NCBI RefSeq assembly: GCF_009914755.1
Contig: NC_060930.1
Reading direction: 5' to 3' (one strand)
Length of the DNA stretch: 64,000 nt
Origin: the human T2T-CHM13v2.0 reference genome, Homo sapiens
Part shown: positions 16,292-30,974 of the stretch, in pieces
Layout: each line of letters opens with the position of its first letter
How positions within the stretch are numbered: the first letter of the stretch is position 1
Notes under the pieces: model-generated
Databases searched by the model: none
The model's input: the letters and a program-made list of their open reading frames with translations, nothing else
Told to the model about the DNA's origin: nothing
Program-made: the position numbers and the translations under genes

Positions 16292-17013
16292 CTACCCTCG
16301 CCCAGCAACACAGCAACATTGCTGAGGAAACTGATGCACTCCCACATTTTAATGACCCAGTGTTGGAAGAAGTCAACTAAATGAGTTAAAAGTGTCCCAA
16401 GGTAGGTGGCCCAGTAAGACCATCCCAAAGAAAGGAACCTGGGCAGAATCCAAAATAGGCTCAAAGGAGAAGATTTTCTCTTTAGGGGGCTTGTACGTGT
16501 GAGTGGACATAGATATATACGCTGCAAACGTGTAGGGGATATTTAGGAGCACTGTCCCTGCTGCTCTAGGGCACCTATTCCTTGGAAAGAGTCAGGGTGC
16601 TCTGAAAAAAATCATGTCAGTCTTACCAGCAAGGGAATTGTAAACCTGAATATCAGACATGCGGGTGGATTACCTGCGTCTATTATCCAGGCTTGGGAAA
16701 TGGAGGTGCTCAGGGATGAGAAGGATGAGATTATAAAAGAACAGCTTTGAGGAATGTTTTGGAACTGTTACAATGGATCCCACTTTTAGGGATACATAGA
16801 AAAAGTCTTTGCAAATACCAGAGATACAGGCACTACAAGGAAATTAGATAGATGCCAAAAGCATTTAATAAAGAAGGAGTTTGGGGTAAAAATTTGCAAA
16901 TCTTCACCATCCTACCCTTCCCTGAAACAAAAAACTAATTTCAATTTAAAATTTTCACTATGATTAGTTCTATTAAAAATCAATCAATCTATCCATCCTA
17001 TCTCTGTCTTGCA

Positions 17014-17056
<43 letters not shown>
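17014..17056. repeat. Compound (CT)n(AT)n microsatellite
   Basis: Read directly. Confidence 0.95.
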
Positions 17057-18112
17057 ATCTATCTATGTGTCTATAAGTACAAGATGCTTCTTGCAGAAAA
17101 ATTTGCCTAGAGACTGGGATTTGTGTAAAACTAACTGGATTAAAATTAAAATTCGCAAGTTTTAGGGTTCACTTAAGCAAAAAAATAACGTTTTCATTGG
17201 TAAAATGGTAAATTTATTTCTGGATCTAGTTTGTGAAGCAGGAGTGTGTATATGGCTGTGTGTGTATGAATGTGGGTGTATGTATGTAGTGTGTGTGTGT
17301 GAGTGTGTGTGTCTGAGTCTGGACCCAGCTCCCTACTCAGGAGTTTACTCCATACTCTATCTCTTCCAGAGTAGGCTGTGATTCCCAGTGTACTAATGTT
17401 AAATGTTCTAGAGACATTGAAAATATCTAGGGTTGTTATAAATTAGCTTTGTGGGGTTTTTTTACTTGCTTTTGTTTGTATTTTTGAATAAATGAGTTGA
17501 GGAAAAAACATCCTTGCTAAATAGAAATCATGGGTTACGAGACGGGAGAGACGCCCACGTGGTAATATGGCTGGAATGTCATGGTCAGAAGGTCTTTCCT
17601 GTCTTTCACTTTTTCATGTTCACTGGTGCATGCACGTGGATGCTGGGATATCTGAGTCAAGAAGGGTGGCTGTCACTGTCCACCCCTTATACCTGCCACC
17701 ACTTCTCAAATACTGGTAGAAAGCCTCTTATAAATCTACAAATCTTGTCACTTGCGGGACTTTTCAATATGAAACCCTCTTATACAATTATATGTATGTT
17801 GGATACCATGGTGGATGCTGAGGAAACAGTAAGGAAAATTTGCTATTTCAGACTTGTAAATATTAAACTCATATTTTTAGATTTAAAAAAGGCAGCAAAT
17901 TATGCAGCATAATAAAGATGGGTGAGTATAAATATTCTATAGTGTACCATATTAGCTATTAAACATTATACAGAGAGTGGTTATGAATTCAATTTCTAAA
18001 TAATCTCTAAAATAAAAGAATGATCTAAATCTTCCACATCCCTGAGGTATTAGTCTTAAATGCATATGATATTACAAAACTAAAATTCTTAAAATAATTT
18101 CTGAAAAACTAG

Positions 18113-18695
18113 TGATACAGGAGTTGTAAAGAAATTACTTGGGCAGTGAGGGTATGGAAGTCCTCAGTAAGGTTTTCTTCTTAATGAAAAGCAGCCCCCA
18201 AATCATTTTCTTTTCCAACAAAGAGCAGCCCGTAAAATCGACCTGCAGACACAAACAAGCATGCTGGAAGCTTGCACGGGTACATGCTGGCAGTTGTGCC
18301 CGTAGGAATATACTACCTGGGACTAGCCATGTTCAAAATGGCGGCTCCATCTTCTCTTTTTGCCAGCCACGTGTCCAGTAAGGAGCAGACAAGATAGCCC
18401 CACCAAGTGGAAAGCCCATTTGCATAATAAGATTAGGGTGGGGCGACCAGCCTTCTTCGCGTGCTAAGTAAACGTCACACCTGGTCAAACCAATCTGTGA
18501 GCCCTACGTAAATCAGACACTGCCTCCTCAAGCCTGCCTATAAAATCTGCTGGGATCTGCCACCTTAACCCTTTTTTTCAGACATCTCTCTCTCTTGCAA
18601 GGAGCTGCCCTCCTCTCTCCTTTCTTCCGCCTGTTATTTTCTTGGCGTGAGATAAGGAACCCTGGGGATTTACCCTAGACTACGATGCTGCTTCA
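18113..18695 (+). mobile_element. Solo ERV1 LTR (LTR9-family-like)
   Basis: TG...CA termini; perfect 4-bp TSD ctag at 18109-18112 and 18696-18699; CCAAT at 18490 and TATAAAA at 18539. Family name from recall. Confidence 0.85.
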
Positions 18696-18829
18696 CTAGT
18701 AGGAAGAGAAAAGATAAACAGCGATTCCTGTTTTATAAGGTAGGAAGGCTGTATATTCACACGACACTCGCCGTCACAGTGGTCTCTGTGACTTCAGTGA
18801 ACCCCCTTTCCACCTGTCCTCCTCGCCCT

Positions 18830-19600
18830 CACACTAGATTACTTTTTCCAAAAGATCTGATCATGTCACTTCCCCTGGAAGCCCTTGCCTGGCCTCCATT
18901 GTCTGCAGGATGAAGTACTGAATCCTTAACCCACAGGGCCAGACTCCCTTTCCCTGTCCTGCTCTTGATCAGGCACCATGAGCCCACGACTCCTCTCCGT
19001 CGGCTAATCATTCCTCCCTGGCCGTGTTCTCTGCAGCTGCCTAGCTTTCTGTCCCTTCACTCTGTTCCAGAATCTTCTGCCTGAAATATTTCAGTCACCA
19101 CTTCCAGGTCAAATTTCTCCATCCCTCAGTGCGCTTAATGAAGCTCCCCATTCTTGATTCCAAACCTTTTCCTTTCTCACTGCATCATTCATGATTGATA
19201 CAACGATGAGTGTGCTGAATGCAGGCGTCGTTGCTGAGGATACAAAAATGAATAGAAGGCAGCTCCTGCTCACCCCACCAGCGGCCCCACAGCAGCTCCA
19301 CGTGTGGGCAAGTGGTATGCACACGAGCAATGTGATACACGTGACTATGAGATGTGTTCAAGGTGATGCGGAAACTGGGTACGAAGGCCCTTAAGTATCC
19401 TGGATTTCTGTGGGACATTCCCCTGCACAGTTACGTGTTGCCATGCGGCTATGCTGTTTCGCATAGACATGTCTTGTCTTCCCATTAGATGACGTGTTTC
19501 TTCAGCACAGTGGCTGTGACATCACCTCTGTGTGCCTGTAGCATCTAGCAGAGAGCCACATACATGCTGGATAACCAATTCATGCATGTAGAATAAACAA
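18830..19600. mobile_element. Degenerate L2 fragments
   Basis: gatctgatcatgtcacttcccctg...ctccattgtctgcaggatgaag and 3'-end-like cctgtagcatctagcagagagcc. Confidence 0.55.
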
Positions 19601-20308
19601 TTTTCCCCTACAAGTATTACTGATTTATTTTAAATATAAGAAAGAATATACTGAATTTTCCCCCTTGGTGCATGTTTCTTATGAGTACAGCTTAGTTGCT
19701 AAAAACAGCGTGATTTCTAGTGATTGCGGTAGAAGAATAAAAGCTAAAACTCCTAGGACTTCTGTTAGAAATGTAAATCAGAAGCTGATATTACTTCAAG
19801 TGCTACGTGAAATACCACATTCAATTTGTAACTCCAAAAGCTTTAGTCTGTGGTACATGTGGTTCTACATGGTTTAGTAGTGCCTTTGTATGTGACATGA
19901 GAACAAAATAATCAGCAGGTGTAAATGTCAATCGAACTAGAGAATTTTCTAGAATTGTACCTCTGCTTTCAGTTTATGGCACTACTGAATGCAAACTCTA
20001 TTTATCTGCACAACTTCAGAAGGTTATTGTGGCAACACCTTTTAATAGAAGGGGCGAATACAATTTTACGGGTATTATTGAGAGTTAGAGGTCTAATTTC
20101 TCATGCCTGGGAATACGGAAAGTGAAAAATATATATTGTTACAAAAAAAGATAACCAAGGAAATACTCAATTCTGTTAGAAATAAAAAAGAAGTAGTTTC
20201 ATGCCAGAAGACTTTTTTCTTTTCCTGCATGAAAATATGAAACTCTGAGACTGCACACAAGTGAATGGTATTTGAGTAATGATAAAAGGAGACAGAAAAG
20301 ACACCAGA

Positions 20309-20722
20309 TGAGGCAGAGGCTGACATTTGTCCGCTCATCATCCATTTGCCCTTTTCTTCATAGGAACAGTTTCTAGCTGGGCACATCGCACCCCGAATAC
20401 AGATATTTCCCAACTGCTTTGGGGGCTGGCCATGTAGCCTCACAAGTAACTTTTCTCTGTCGGAGTACGAGTACGATGTTGTGTGCTACTTCCAGATTTG
20501 ACCTTTAAAGAGACTGGGAATGTCCTCTTCTCTTTCCCCTTTGTTTCTGGTTGAAAAGTGGACCTGGGGCTGAGCCACCTTGCACCATGTAGATGAGGGC
20601 AACTAAAGGCTTGGTGGAGTGGAGCATCCCAGCTCCAGACATTTTATGAGAGAGAGAAATAAACTCCCATCCCCTTAAGCCACTGCAGTCTTAGGAACTG
20701 GCCACACACCACGGAACTAACG
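20309..20722 (+). mobile_element. MLT1 (MaLR) LTR
   Basis: ctagctgggcacat...atttcccaactgc...ccaccttgcaccatg...gagagaaataaactcc...ttaagccactg. Confidence 0.6.
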
Positions 20723-20979
20723 TCAGAATAATATAATGGAGCCTACTACAATCCATTTAGCCAGAGAGGAACAAAAAGATTTTTTTTTTTTTTATTGCTG
20801 ATTACAGTTACAGTGGACACAACCATATTATGGAATATAATAATCTGGAGGTGATTTTGTTTGCTACTAAAACGCTCTCATCAAATACTTCTTTTTTTTC
20901 CCCAATATCTGCCCAAAGTCCTTAGTAAATGAATTCCTTTGGTCATTATTAAGAGAAATAAATGCCTGTGTGCCCATTA

Positions 20980-21310
20980 AGAGATTTTGATTGGAGAAAC
21001 AGAAAGCCCCAATTTAACTGGCTTAAATAGAAAGGAAATGTATCATATCCCATGACAGGCAGTCCAACCATGGAGTGGCTTCAGAGCTGATGAACTCAGT
21101 AGGGCAATGAACTCTAGAAGGGCCTGGATCTTCTGAAACCTGATCACTAGTAAGGGTCAAGGGATTAGCAAGACTGGTTTAGACTACTCAGAACTCACTA
21201 CTGACCCGGAAAATGACGTCATTTCCCAAACTGGTCCACACTTGAAAAAAAAAAAAAATCTGTTCTGTTAGCAAGAGAAAGGGGGAGATGGCCGTCAGGA
21301 GGGAAACCGA
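20980..21310 (-). mobile_element. Old MLT1 LTR fragment
   Basis: acagaaagccccaatttaactggcttaaatagaaaggaaatgtat is typical of a reverse MLT1 3' end. Confidence 0.45.
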
Positions 21311-22165
21311 CATTTTAGTGTACAGTCTGTCTGCTGTGCACACAGAGATTCTAACCATGACCTGATAGAAACTTACCCCTGCCAGCTGCCAGCCAGGTGC
21401 TGGGGGTCATGCTCTATCAGCAAGCAGTTCTGTTTGTACAGGGAAGGTGCATAGCCTATAGAGTCGGTTTCATGCTGGCTATTTTATTCACATTCTGAGG
21501 TAGTTTGTGTCCCTGCAGATTTCTGATTATACATCAGTGACGTTTAATGTGATGCTCAGAATATTAAAAGCATACCCAGTAAGTGTTTTATCTAAATCAT
21601 GTTTACAAGGGAAGTTCTGTGCTTTTCTGAGGTCTTGCAAAAACAATCTTTGGTTTCTTTAGACCAAGAAACTAAAAATAGACACAGTGACATAGCCTCC
21701 AAACAGCAATTTTGAGATCGAAAACCTCTGTTACATTAACAATGTGAAGCAGTTCCCATCCATCCCATTACAGGAAGTTCTGGGTCAATAGATTTAGTCT
21801 AACAAAGATCTTATCTCTTTAATCCTATCTTTCTACTTCAACTTTTCTTATTGATTAAGCATCTTCTGAACTTTACAACAATACAATACTGCTTATACAA
21901 AGCCCAGCCATGTCTTCACATAAAAGAGTTTTTGAGAAGCCTACTTTGATTTAGATGTCTTTCTTTCCAAATAGCAGCTATCTTCTGAACACATAGCTTT
22001 TCTACGTACTTCCTATTTACATGTAAAACCATTTAAATGAATGGTCTAAACAAGGTTGATTAATCACTGGGAAATTTCTCTTTCAGGACACATCCATTCC
22101 AAGCTCTACATTCTTTAAAAATCTAGCAAATAAAATTTCATCTTATTTCTGATGCAAATGACTAA

Positions 22166-22574
<409 letters not shown>

Positions 22575-25500
22575 TCAAATTCTTAGGACACAATCAAAAG
22601 CTTGCATTTGATAATGTGTGTAAGAATTCTTTAGGCATATGTCACATTCTGCAAGTGGACTGGGTTTGTCTACATGGGGAGGCGGCCACGGGAAGAGTGA
22701 ACACAGACTTCCTCCAAATTACAGCCCTGCCAGTTTAGCACTAATACCTTGAGAGGAATTGGGAAAAAATCGCTTGGCATCAAATTCCCAGACTGTCCCT
22801 GAACTCTGGTCAATAACCAACACGGCTTTGTGAAGAAAAATGTGATGTGTGTCAGGAACAATATTATTTCTGTCTGAAGGAGAGTAACAGGCAACTTTGA
22901 TTGGATAAAGAAACAGGCATTCTTGGCCTTCTTCTACAGAAAGGAGGAAGAAAATTGCTTTTTGGAAGTGCAGCAATAGGCCCGCTTGACAAATTACCTC
23001 CTAGAGTGCAAGAGTGAGGCTTATCTGCTTCTGACTGGGTTCCTTCTCACTTGTACACTTCTTCTGATCCTGGTTCAAGAATGGGCAAACAGACAGGCAA
23101 GGGTTATACATTTGACCTGGGCCTTACCCATGGCCTTGTAGTTACTTGATATTTTTCTTCTCCTTGAAAAAAATTCTTAAATAAATTGGACTTTAAGAAA
23201 TCTCCTTCTTAGTCTCTATCCACAACCTCAACTTCTTAATGGACAGTGGGGACAAAGGCCTGTATGGTAGGCTTGGATAGCTCTGCCAGGTGTACCTCCT
23301 AAGGACCTCCAAATCTTAGGGGAGGTGGGACTAAAGGTCAAGCCAGGACAGATCAGATTTGCCTAGGGGACACTTCAAGTTTCCACTTCTTGGTGCAAAA
23401 AGAGGCCAAAGTGAGTCTTTGAGGACTTCAACTGGTAGAACCCTGGGGCCCACTGAGATGCCAAGCGGAGAAGGAGGAAAAATGGCTGCATTTCTTGGAA
23501 TCTCAGGAAATGTGATTTCTACATCTGTTGCAGATCCTTGGAGACCAGTGCCCATGGGACTGGCTGGTCTTTACCCAAGAAAAGCCCTATTACCGCCCAG
23601 GAGCTTGTAGAGAGATTTGATTGAATAACTGATCGACTTAGCCTTTCCCAGTGGAATGTTGGACAAGCGAGAGAAATGCCTGTCACTCTAGTCCTGAGTG
23701 CTCATTCTGTGTGGGCTCCCTTGAACTCTGCCTAAATGTCATGAACAACAGGAATAACAGCAGGTACTTAGCGCTGACCTTGGTGTTCCTGTTTCGTGTG
23801 AAGAGTGAGGGCATGCTGCTTCTTCATCATGCCATGAGGCTAACATGCGATGTTCTTGGCATGTGCTAGACAAACTCTGCCCTTACCCCCAAGGGGCACT
23901 AGCTGAACAAAAACAACACTAAAATCCCCTGTAGGAAGTTGATTGCTAGAATACAGATATGTGCAAAGTTGCATTGGGATACGTTTTCCTATAACGTAAG
24001 AACTATTTAAACTATTTAAACATTTTGTGTAATTTAATTAAAACATCACTGATTTGCATTGGCTGCTCAATACATTTGGTGACATGTTTCAGAGACCCTA
24101 TTTTGCGAAGGTAAATTAAATTTCCCAGTGGACTTCATTCTCATTAAAAAATGACATTCAGCTACATGGGTATGACAGGAGAGTTGCTCCTGACGCATTC
24201 CAGGTTTAAGAGTGGCCAGCCGGACCACCACCTGCATGCCTGGCTCTTTCTGGAACAGCAGCGAGCCTTCACGGAGTTGGTTTCTGTGCCCTCGGTCTCT
24301 GCCAGTGAAAAGCATATTTCCTTCTCCCTAAGTTTAACCTCAAAGAAACACTTTGCCTAAAAAGGTGTAAAATTCTACCTAATATAATTATTGGTCACAT
24401 TGCTTTTATTTTTAACATGTAACATTACTAAGTTTAATTAAGAAAAAAAGTAATTCATAAACTCAGTCCCTAAGTAACCATCAACTACATGTTCAGAAAC
24501 CTCAAACATTCTAGAAGGTTATAAACTGAAAAGTAAAAGCTTCCTCCCTCACATCATCACTTCCTCTACCCAAAGGCAGCCACTGTTCCCGGGGTGTCTT
24601 TGATTCTTTCCAGAAAATATCTTATATGCTCATGTGCATGGATCCCCTTTTCATGCTGTCTTTACTTCATTCTGTGTATTAAAAGTGATTCCGTATCAGG
24701 ACACGGATTGACCTTACTCTTCATAACAGAGTATTGTATTCCACTGTATAATTATGTCAAGAACATACTTAACTGCTATAATACTATGGAAAAGTGGATC
24801 GTTTCCATATTTTTATCTATTACAAAATAGTGCTGGAAAGGGGAAGATCACCATTCAGAATGCTGGGGGTTGGGGAGATGCAAGCTGCCTGTCTGGTGGG
24901 GGGCCGCCAGGTCTGCCCCAGCTGGACTGGACCCAAGCACTACATCCTTAGGATTGTTCTCACTGTTTGCAGAAGCACTTCTTCTGACATGGAAAACAAA
25001 AACACAATCTACATGTCATTTTTGTTGTTATTATCATAATGCCCCATGCAGTTAATGTTTTTGAGATTGACACATGGTGACACTCGCCCTATGAAAATAT
25101 TTTATTTATCATTATATAAGTTATTCTATGAAATTTTAAAATCTCTCATATTCATTTAATTAACCCTTGGAAGAAGAGTTACTAAGCATACACGATCACA
25201 AAATTTCATCCCATCTTCTCTAATTGATCTTAAACCCATAAAAATATATATCAATGGCAGTGTTAGAAAGAAAAAGATTTTACTGTAAAAATAAATTGTA
25301 GTCTCAAAAATACATTTGAGGCAAATAAACCATATAATTTAAAAAGTCATACTTTCATTAGTTCTCTACAGAAATGAACTATTGTGGGCCTAATGGCTCT
25401 GATTTTTGGGTATCACTTGCTCATTGTGACTAGCAGTATGCAACTCAGCACTACGGATTAAAAAAATAAAGCAAGCCATCTGAATCCCAAGTTGCTTCAT

Positions 25501-25940
25501 AAAACACCTGTCTTACAAAATGTACCACACAAAAGGTAGTTCTTGCTCTACAGAGTTTAGGAAATGCTGAGTGTGCTGTTCTGCTTGTTCAAGCAATACA
25601 TCTTTGCATAGTGAAAGTTTTAAGTCCTATAGGAAAGAAATTGGTTTAATCTGGCTTACCTGGTGCCTCCAACTCTTGGATTGCAGCTCTCTGCTCCACC
25701 TCTCTGTACCCCAACTCCTGCCCTGCTCCTGGCAGCATCTGTTGGAACCTGGATTGCATGACCCGTACTCTGGAAAATGCTGCTCTATATTTTTGTAGTC
25801 AAGAAATTGCTTTATTTCTGGAAAGTTTTTTTCTTTTTTTCCCTCAACTACAGCTGAATAGCTCAAAGTGCTTGTGTTGAAAACACAGGAAACCTGAGTT
25901 TGCAAATGTTACTCCTTGGACAGACGTCCCTGTCCTTTTC

Positions 25941-26139
25941 CAGACTGGAACTGTCCAGTAGAACTTTCTGCAGTGATGAAAATGGGCTATATCTGCACTG
26001 TTCAATACAGTAGCCACTTGCCATGTATGGCCACTGAGTGCTTGGAATGTGGTTACTGTGATTGAGGAACTGACTTTTTAATTATATTTACTTTTAAATA
26101 GCCATATGTGGCTAAAGGCTGCCATGTCAGACACACAGC
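25941..26139. mobile_element. MER3-like hAT-Charlie MITE
   Basis: ctgtccagtagaactttctgcagtgatgaaaat...cagtagccacttgccatgtatggccactgagtgctt...atagccatatgtggcta. Confidence 0.75.
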
Positions 26140-26337
26140 CCCAGACAGAGGTCAGAGCACGACCAAAATAAATGCACAGAAACAATGCTCTCCACACAGA
26201 AACAATGCAATCTTCACAAGAAGTCTGTTTTCAGGACTGTTCTGAGCTCTCTGCAGCTTATAAAGCTAAAGAAGTTTCTCCAATCGATTTGCCATAAAAC
26301 TGATTTTCTAACACATTATTCAAAAAGATGGATCTTA

Positions 26338-26691
<354 letters not shown>

Positions 26692-26766
26692 TCAACAAAA
26701 ACTGGCTAAAGACAATAAGAATAGCTAGTGGTCTGTGTTGGGTTAAAAAATATACTTTTCTATGTG

Positions 26767-27191
26767 CAGCTGACCCTTGAACAACATGTATTAGAACGTA
26801 AGTCCACTTGTATGTAGATTTTCTTCCTCCTCTGCCACCTCGGTAACAGCAAGACCAACCCCTCCTCTTCCTCCTCAGCCTACTCAACATGAAGATGATG
26901 AGGGTGAAGGCCTTTATGGCGATCTACTTCCATTTAGTAAACAGAAAATACATTTTCTCTTCCTTATGATTTTCTTAATAATGTTTTCTTTTCTCTAGCT
27001 TACTTTATCATAAGAATATAGTATATAATACATGTGACATACAAAATACCTGCTCATTAGCCATTTATATTATTGACAAGGCTTCCCGTCAACAGTGGAT
27101 CATTGTAGTTAAGTTTAAGCTATCTGCCGACTTTCAGTTGCAGGAGGGGTTGGCACCCCTCAACTCCCCGTAGCTCATCAAAGATCAGCTG
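26767..27191 (+). mobile_element. Tigger2a/MER28-like DNA transposon
   Basis: Terminal inverted repeats cagctgacccttgaacaac ... tcaaagatcagctg; about 425 bp. Confidence 0.8.
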
Positions 27192-28139
27192 TACCTCAAA
27201 ATCACAGAACACTTTCTAGGAATGTCTGCCAACTGATAGATGCTTTCCAGATGAATGGTATGCAGAACTTGTTTGTACATTTGTGAACAGTTTCTTTAAC
27301 TAAAATAAATACTCTCCAAAGCTTTCCATCTTTGCACTTCAAGCTGTCTCACAGGCAGAAAGTCTAGCGAGGCTTATTTCCAATCTGCAAATGAGCTGAT
27401 CTTAGAGTTTAAATTAGATTTTTGGACACATGTCAAATAAACATGGACTGCATATTTTTGACATTTCATAACACCAACTTTCTTTTTTAAAATGCTCTTT
27501 GATGAAGAACATCTTGTATATCAAAGCCTAAAGTACCAACAAGATTTGATTCCAGTCTCTATGTGCTGGAGTGTCCAGGCGGTTGAGGCAAACTTACATG
27601 GGGACAGCTGGAGTGAAGGCTCATGAACCCACAGTTAGTCATCCTGAGAAACACCTGTTCTTTCTGATGTCTCCCTGAAAACATCATATATTTGGAGACT
27701 AGATTTTAATCTCTAGTCTTAAAAAAACTCAATATGGTTTAAAAAATATCTAAGCATAATTTAATGAAATTACATATTTTTACAAAAATAAATTAAAATT
27801 GGCTTGAATAAGAAAAGTAACCATTTTCTTTTTTCCTTTTATTATTAAATATTGATCATCTACATGTTTTCTCTTTCCAAGGTCCACCTATTGAAAAAAG
27901 AGCTTCACATCTATTTGTTAATTTGGATTTTAAACTCAATAATTAGTTAAATCTTTGAGTAAAAGGGTAGGTATCATCATAATTTATCTTCATTGACTCC
28001 TTTCCTACGTTAAAGGCTGAAAATGAGGTTCAGACTCTCATTTCACTAAAACCTCCAACAGTATTTTAATGCTGTTGTGATAAGTCGTTCAAAATAACCA
28101 TTTTCACCAAAAACATATACACGTTTCTTTGCACGAAGT

Positions 28140-28337
28140 AGGTCATATCCTGTATTTGCACAGGTCTAAAACCACATTTGAGGGAGGCTTTACAACTTCA
28201 TTTTTATAATTTTCGAAACCCTTTTTAAGAAAACCAATGCAAGAAGATGAACATGGTTAAGAGGATTTGGAAAGGGTCCATGCAAGTGAGGAGCCCAAGG
28301 TGAATGCCTCATTAGTTCCCTGACAAACCTGCCTCCG
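28140..28337. mobile_element. Possible MER53-like hAT relic
   Basis: gggtccatgcaagtgaggagccc...cattagttccctgacaaacctgcctc resembles the recalled MER53 end. Confidence 0.35.
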
Positions 28338-30169
28338 AGCGACACAGCATGGTGTTTGTTTAAGGACAGAGTGACTGTTAGATGCCTTAAGAAATTCTAT
28401 CGCATTTCCTTAACTTATGGTCACTAATATGATTTTTGAAATTCGATTTTCATTTAAATGTGTATTTTTCTGCAGTTGCCACATTTTGTTTCTGGATTTC
28501 TAATTAAAAACAGAAAATTCCTTATCCAACTTCAAATCATTATTTTAATAAATTATCACCCAGACATGTAATACCCCAAGATAATATCAAATAAGATAAA
28601 GATGTTTTATTTATAGAGAACTCAGAAGGTTTGATTGCCATAGCTTTCTGCATTCCCAGGTCAGTGAGTATAATGTATTCCATATTTTGTTGCTGTTTTC
28701 CAGCACTAAACACGTCAGCATTTTGCATCGGAGTCATTAAAGTTTGTGAGATAGTTCTGATGAATAGCAATAAGGCCAGAAAAAAAGAATAATGCATAAC
28801 ATGAATTCTTTAGGAAATCAATTAATTTTTTTATGAGCAGTAGTAAAAATAGGATCTAGGGTTAGCAGAGTGAGGCTAGACTAGTATTTGGTACCAAAAT
28901 ACATTCTCTGCTGCGTTCTATCTATGTAAAAATATTCTGTGCTGAGTCAAAACTGAAATCTCAGTTCTCCCAAGAGTAAGACATTTTACATATCAGAATG
29001 TACTCTTTACTTGGCCGTGTATGTAGCCTTTGATAGAGCACACCAATTCTGTAAATTCTGCAGTACTTTCAGGTTTCTAATGGACTTTTTGTGGATCCCT
29101 GAACATAGTGTTATTTTGGTTTTCTGAATTATATACTATGTGTGCTATTAAAACACTGTATATTGTATAAGTATATAAAGGTGCTTACGTATTTTTCAAA
29201 GAGCTCTTTGTTGGGGCAAGGTAAGCAGTTCTAATACTGGGATAAATGATGATTAATATTGGAAAATAAAAGTAATAGTTTGTTGATATTACTCCTAGAT
29301 TATTAAGATTCACTCAACCATTTATTTTTCATTCATTCATTCATTCATTCATACATTTGATGAATGTTAAACACCAAATACATGATTCACCAAGAAGAAT
29401 GAAAAGGCTTAGGACAGGAATATAAAGACAGGAAACCACTGTAACACTGCAGCTTGAATTCTGGGAGGTAGTACTTTCAAATAATTCTTTATAATGGTAA
29501 TAAATTTACTGGATCCACCCCACATTTATCAGGCCTTTCCTAGGTGGACTGACATCATCACTTAAATGGAAATCCCTGTCTTCATTTATTAGTTAAGGTA
29601 CATTGCTCCTCGGGGAACAGATAAGCCTGTGACACAGTGGAGCAAAGTGTCTGGAATCTGATTTTCCAATGGACATTCCCATATGTTTGAACAAAAGAGT
29701 CATAAATACTAACTATAGCACCTATTTTACAGAAGCTGAACTAAAGACACAGAAGCCTTCAAATGGAAAGGATATACAACAGAAACCACAGCTGTGCGGA
29801 AGACCACCCAGGCACATGGTCGTGGGTGAAATGACTAGAAGATTAGAATCCTCTGGAGCCCAGAGCTCAACACATGGGTGTCTAGCTCCGAACAATTTTA
29901 AATCCCACAAATGACAGAGAATTTGGTTTTCAACTTTTTTATACGCGATTTTTTTTGTAACAGCTAACATTTCTTGCATACCCACATGGTAAGAGTTGTA
30001 CTTTTTCTATCTTGATAATTGAGGGAAAAAAAAATTAAGCACGGGTGAATTCACAGGCATCTTACAATAAATCTGTGAACCACATCCTGATAATCACTGG
30101 AGTTAATGACGTCTAGGGCTTTTTCCACATCTGGAACTCTGTAATTCTTCTATAGCTTTGCTACCAATG

Positions 30170-30320
30170 ACTTTTCCTTGAACGATGTATTGAATGAGGC
30201 ACTCACTTCTCCCTGAGGCAGCTTATTTTGTTCTTCGTTGTCCATACTGTGAGAGCAAAGAGTAAAAAGAGATTCACCTTCTTCTAACTTTTATGTATTT
30301 GGCCATGTTCTACTTCTGAA
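30170..30320 (-). mobile_element. CR1/L3 3' remnant hosting the alternative exon
   Basis: - strand aataagctgcctcagggagaagtgagtgcctcattcaatacatcgttcaaggaaaag versus recalled L3 motif aatgggctgcctcgggaggtagtgagctccccatcactggaggtgttcaagcagagg. Confidence 0.55.
30207..30246 (-). CDS. PRKN: Alternative PRKN exon in intron 9 encoding YGQRRTK-stop (coding part 30223-30246); either a 40-nt cassette or the start of an alternative last exon
   Basis: - strand tctctttttactctttgctctcacag|TATGGACAACGAAGAACAAAATAA...AGAA|gtgagt, in frame with the phase-0 end of exon 9. The peptide matches the C-terminus I recall for a curated short parkin isoform. Confidence 0.8.
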
Positions 30321-30974
30321 ATGACATAATCTAACCACAATTTCTTCCAGACAATGGCTTTCCATTACACTCCTTAAACCCAGAAAAGATGGGCAGCTTA
30401 CAAGGTTATACAAACCACAGCAAAACAACATGTATCAGGAAAAGGGGAAGAGAAAGAAGGAAACAAGTAAAGCCAGGAAACCAGTTTCCAAATCCACTGT
30501 GTTTATGACCTCTATATATGCTATAGGGAGCCCACAGATGTAGCTTTAGATTTTCTAGCAGTCAACTGTCAGAGGAAAACCTTATCAGCTGGTTTAACAT
30601 CCTTAAAGGCAACTTTCCTCAGGACAAGCATAAATGTGCCTGGTACTCAGATCAGACTTGAATAGTCACCATGGTTCCTTGTGGAAAAGTCTGTTGGGAT
30701 GTCCTGAACCACAGGCATCACATTTCCTGTGTAACGATCACAATATAAACAAATGGCATGGTGGCAAAGTAGTATTTAGGAAAAGCAATTATTTGAAAGG
30801 CTAAAAATAGTAAGGTCTAGGTGCCCAGTTTCCTGCCGTAGATCTGACTACATCCTGGATTCTAGACTATTTGGAAGAGTATATCCAATGAATGCCATGT
30901 AAGCAATCTTCCTTGAATGTTGGGTTTTTGGGTGAGCTTTGGATAAATATTCATTAAGCTTTTGATTAAATATT

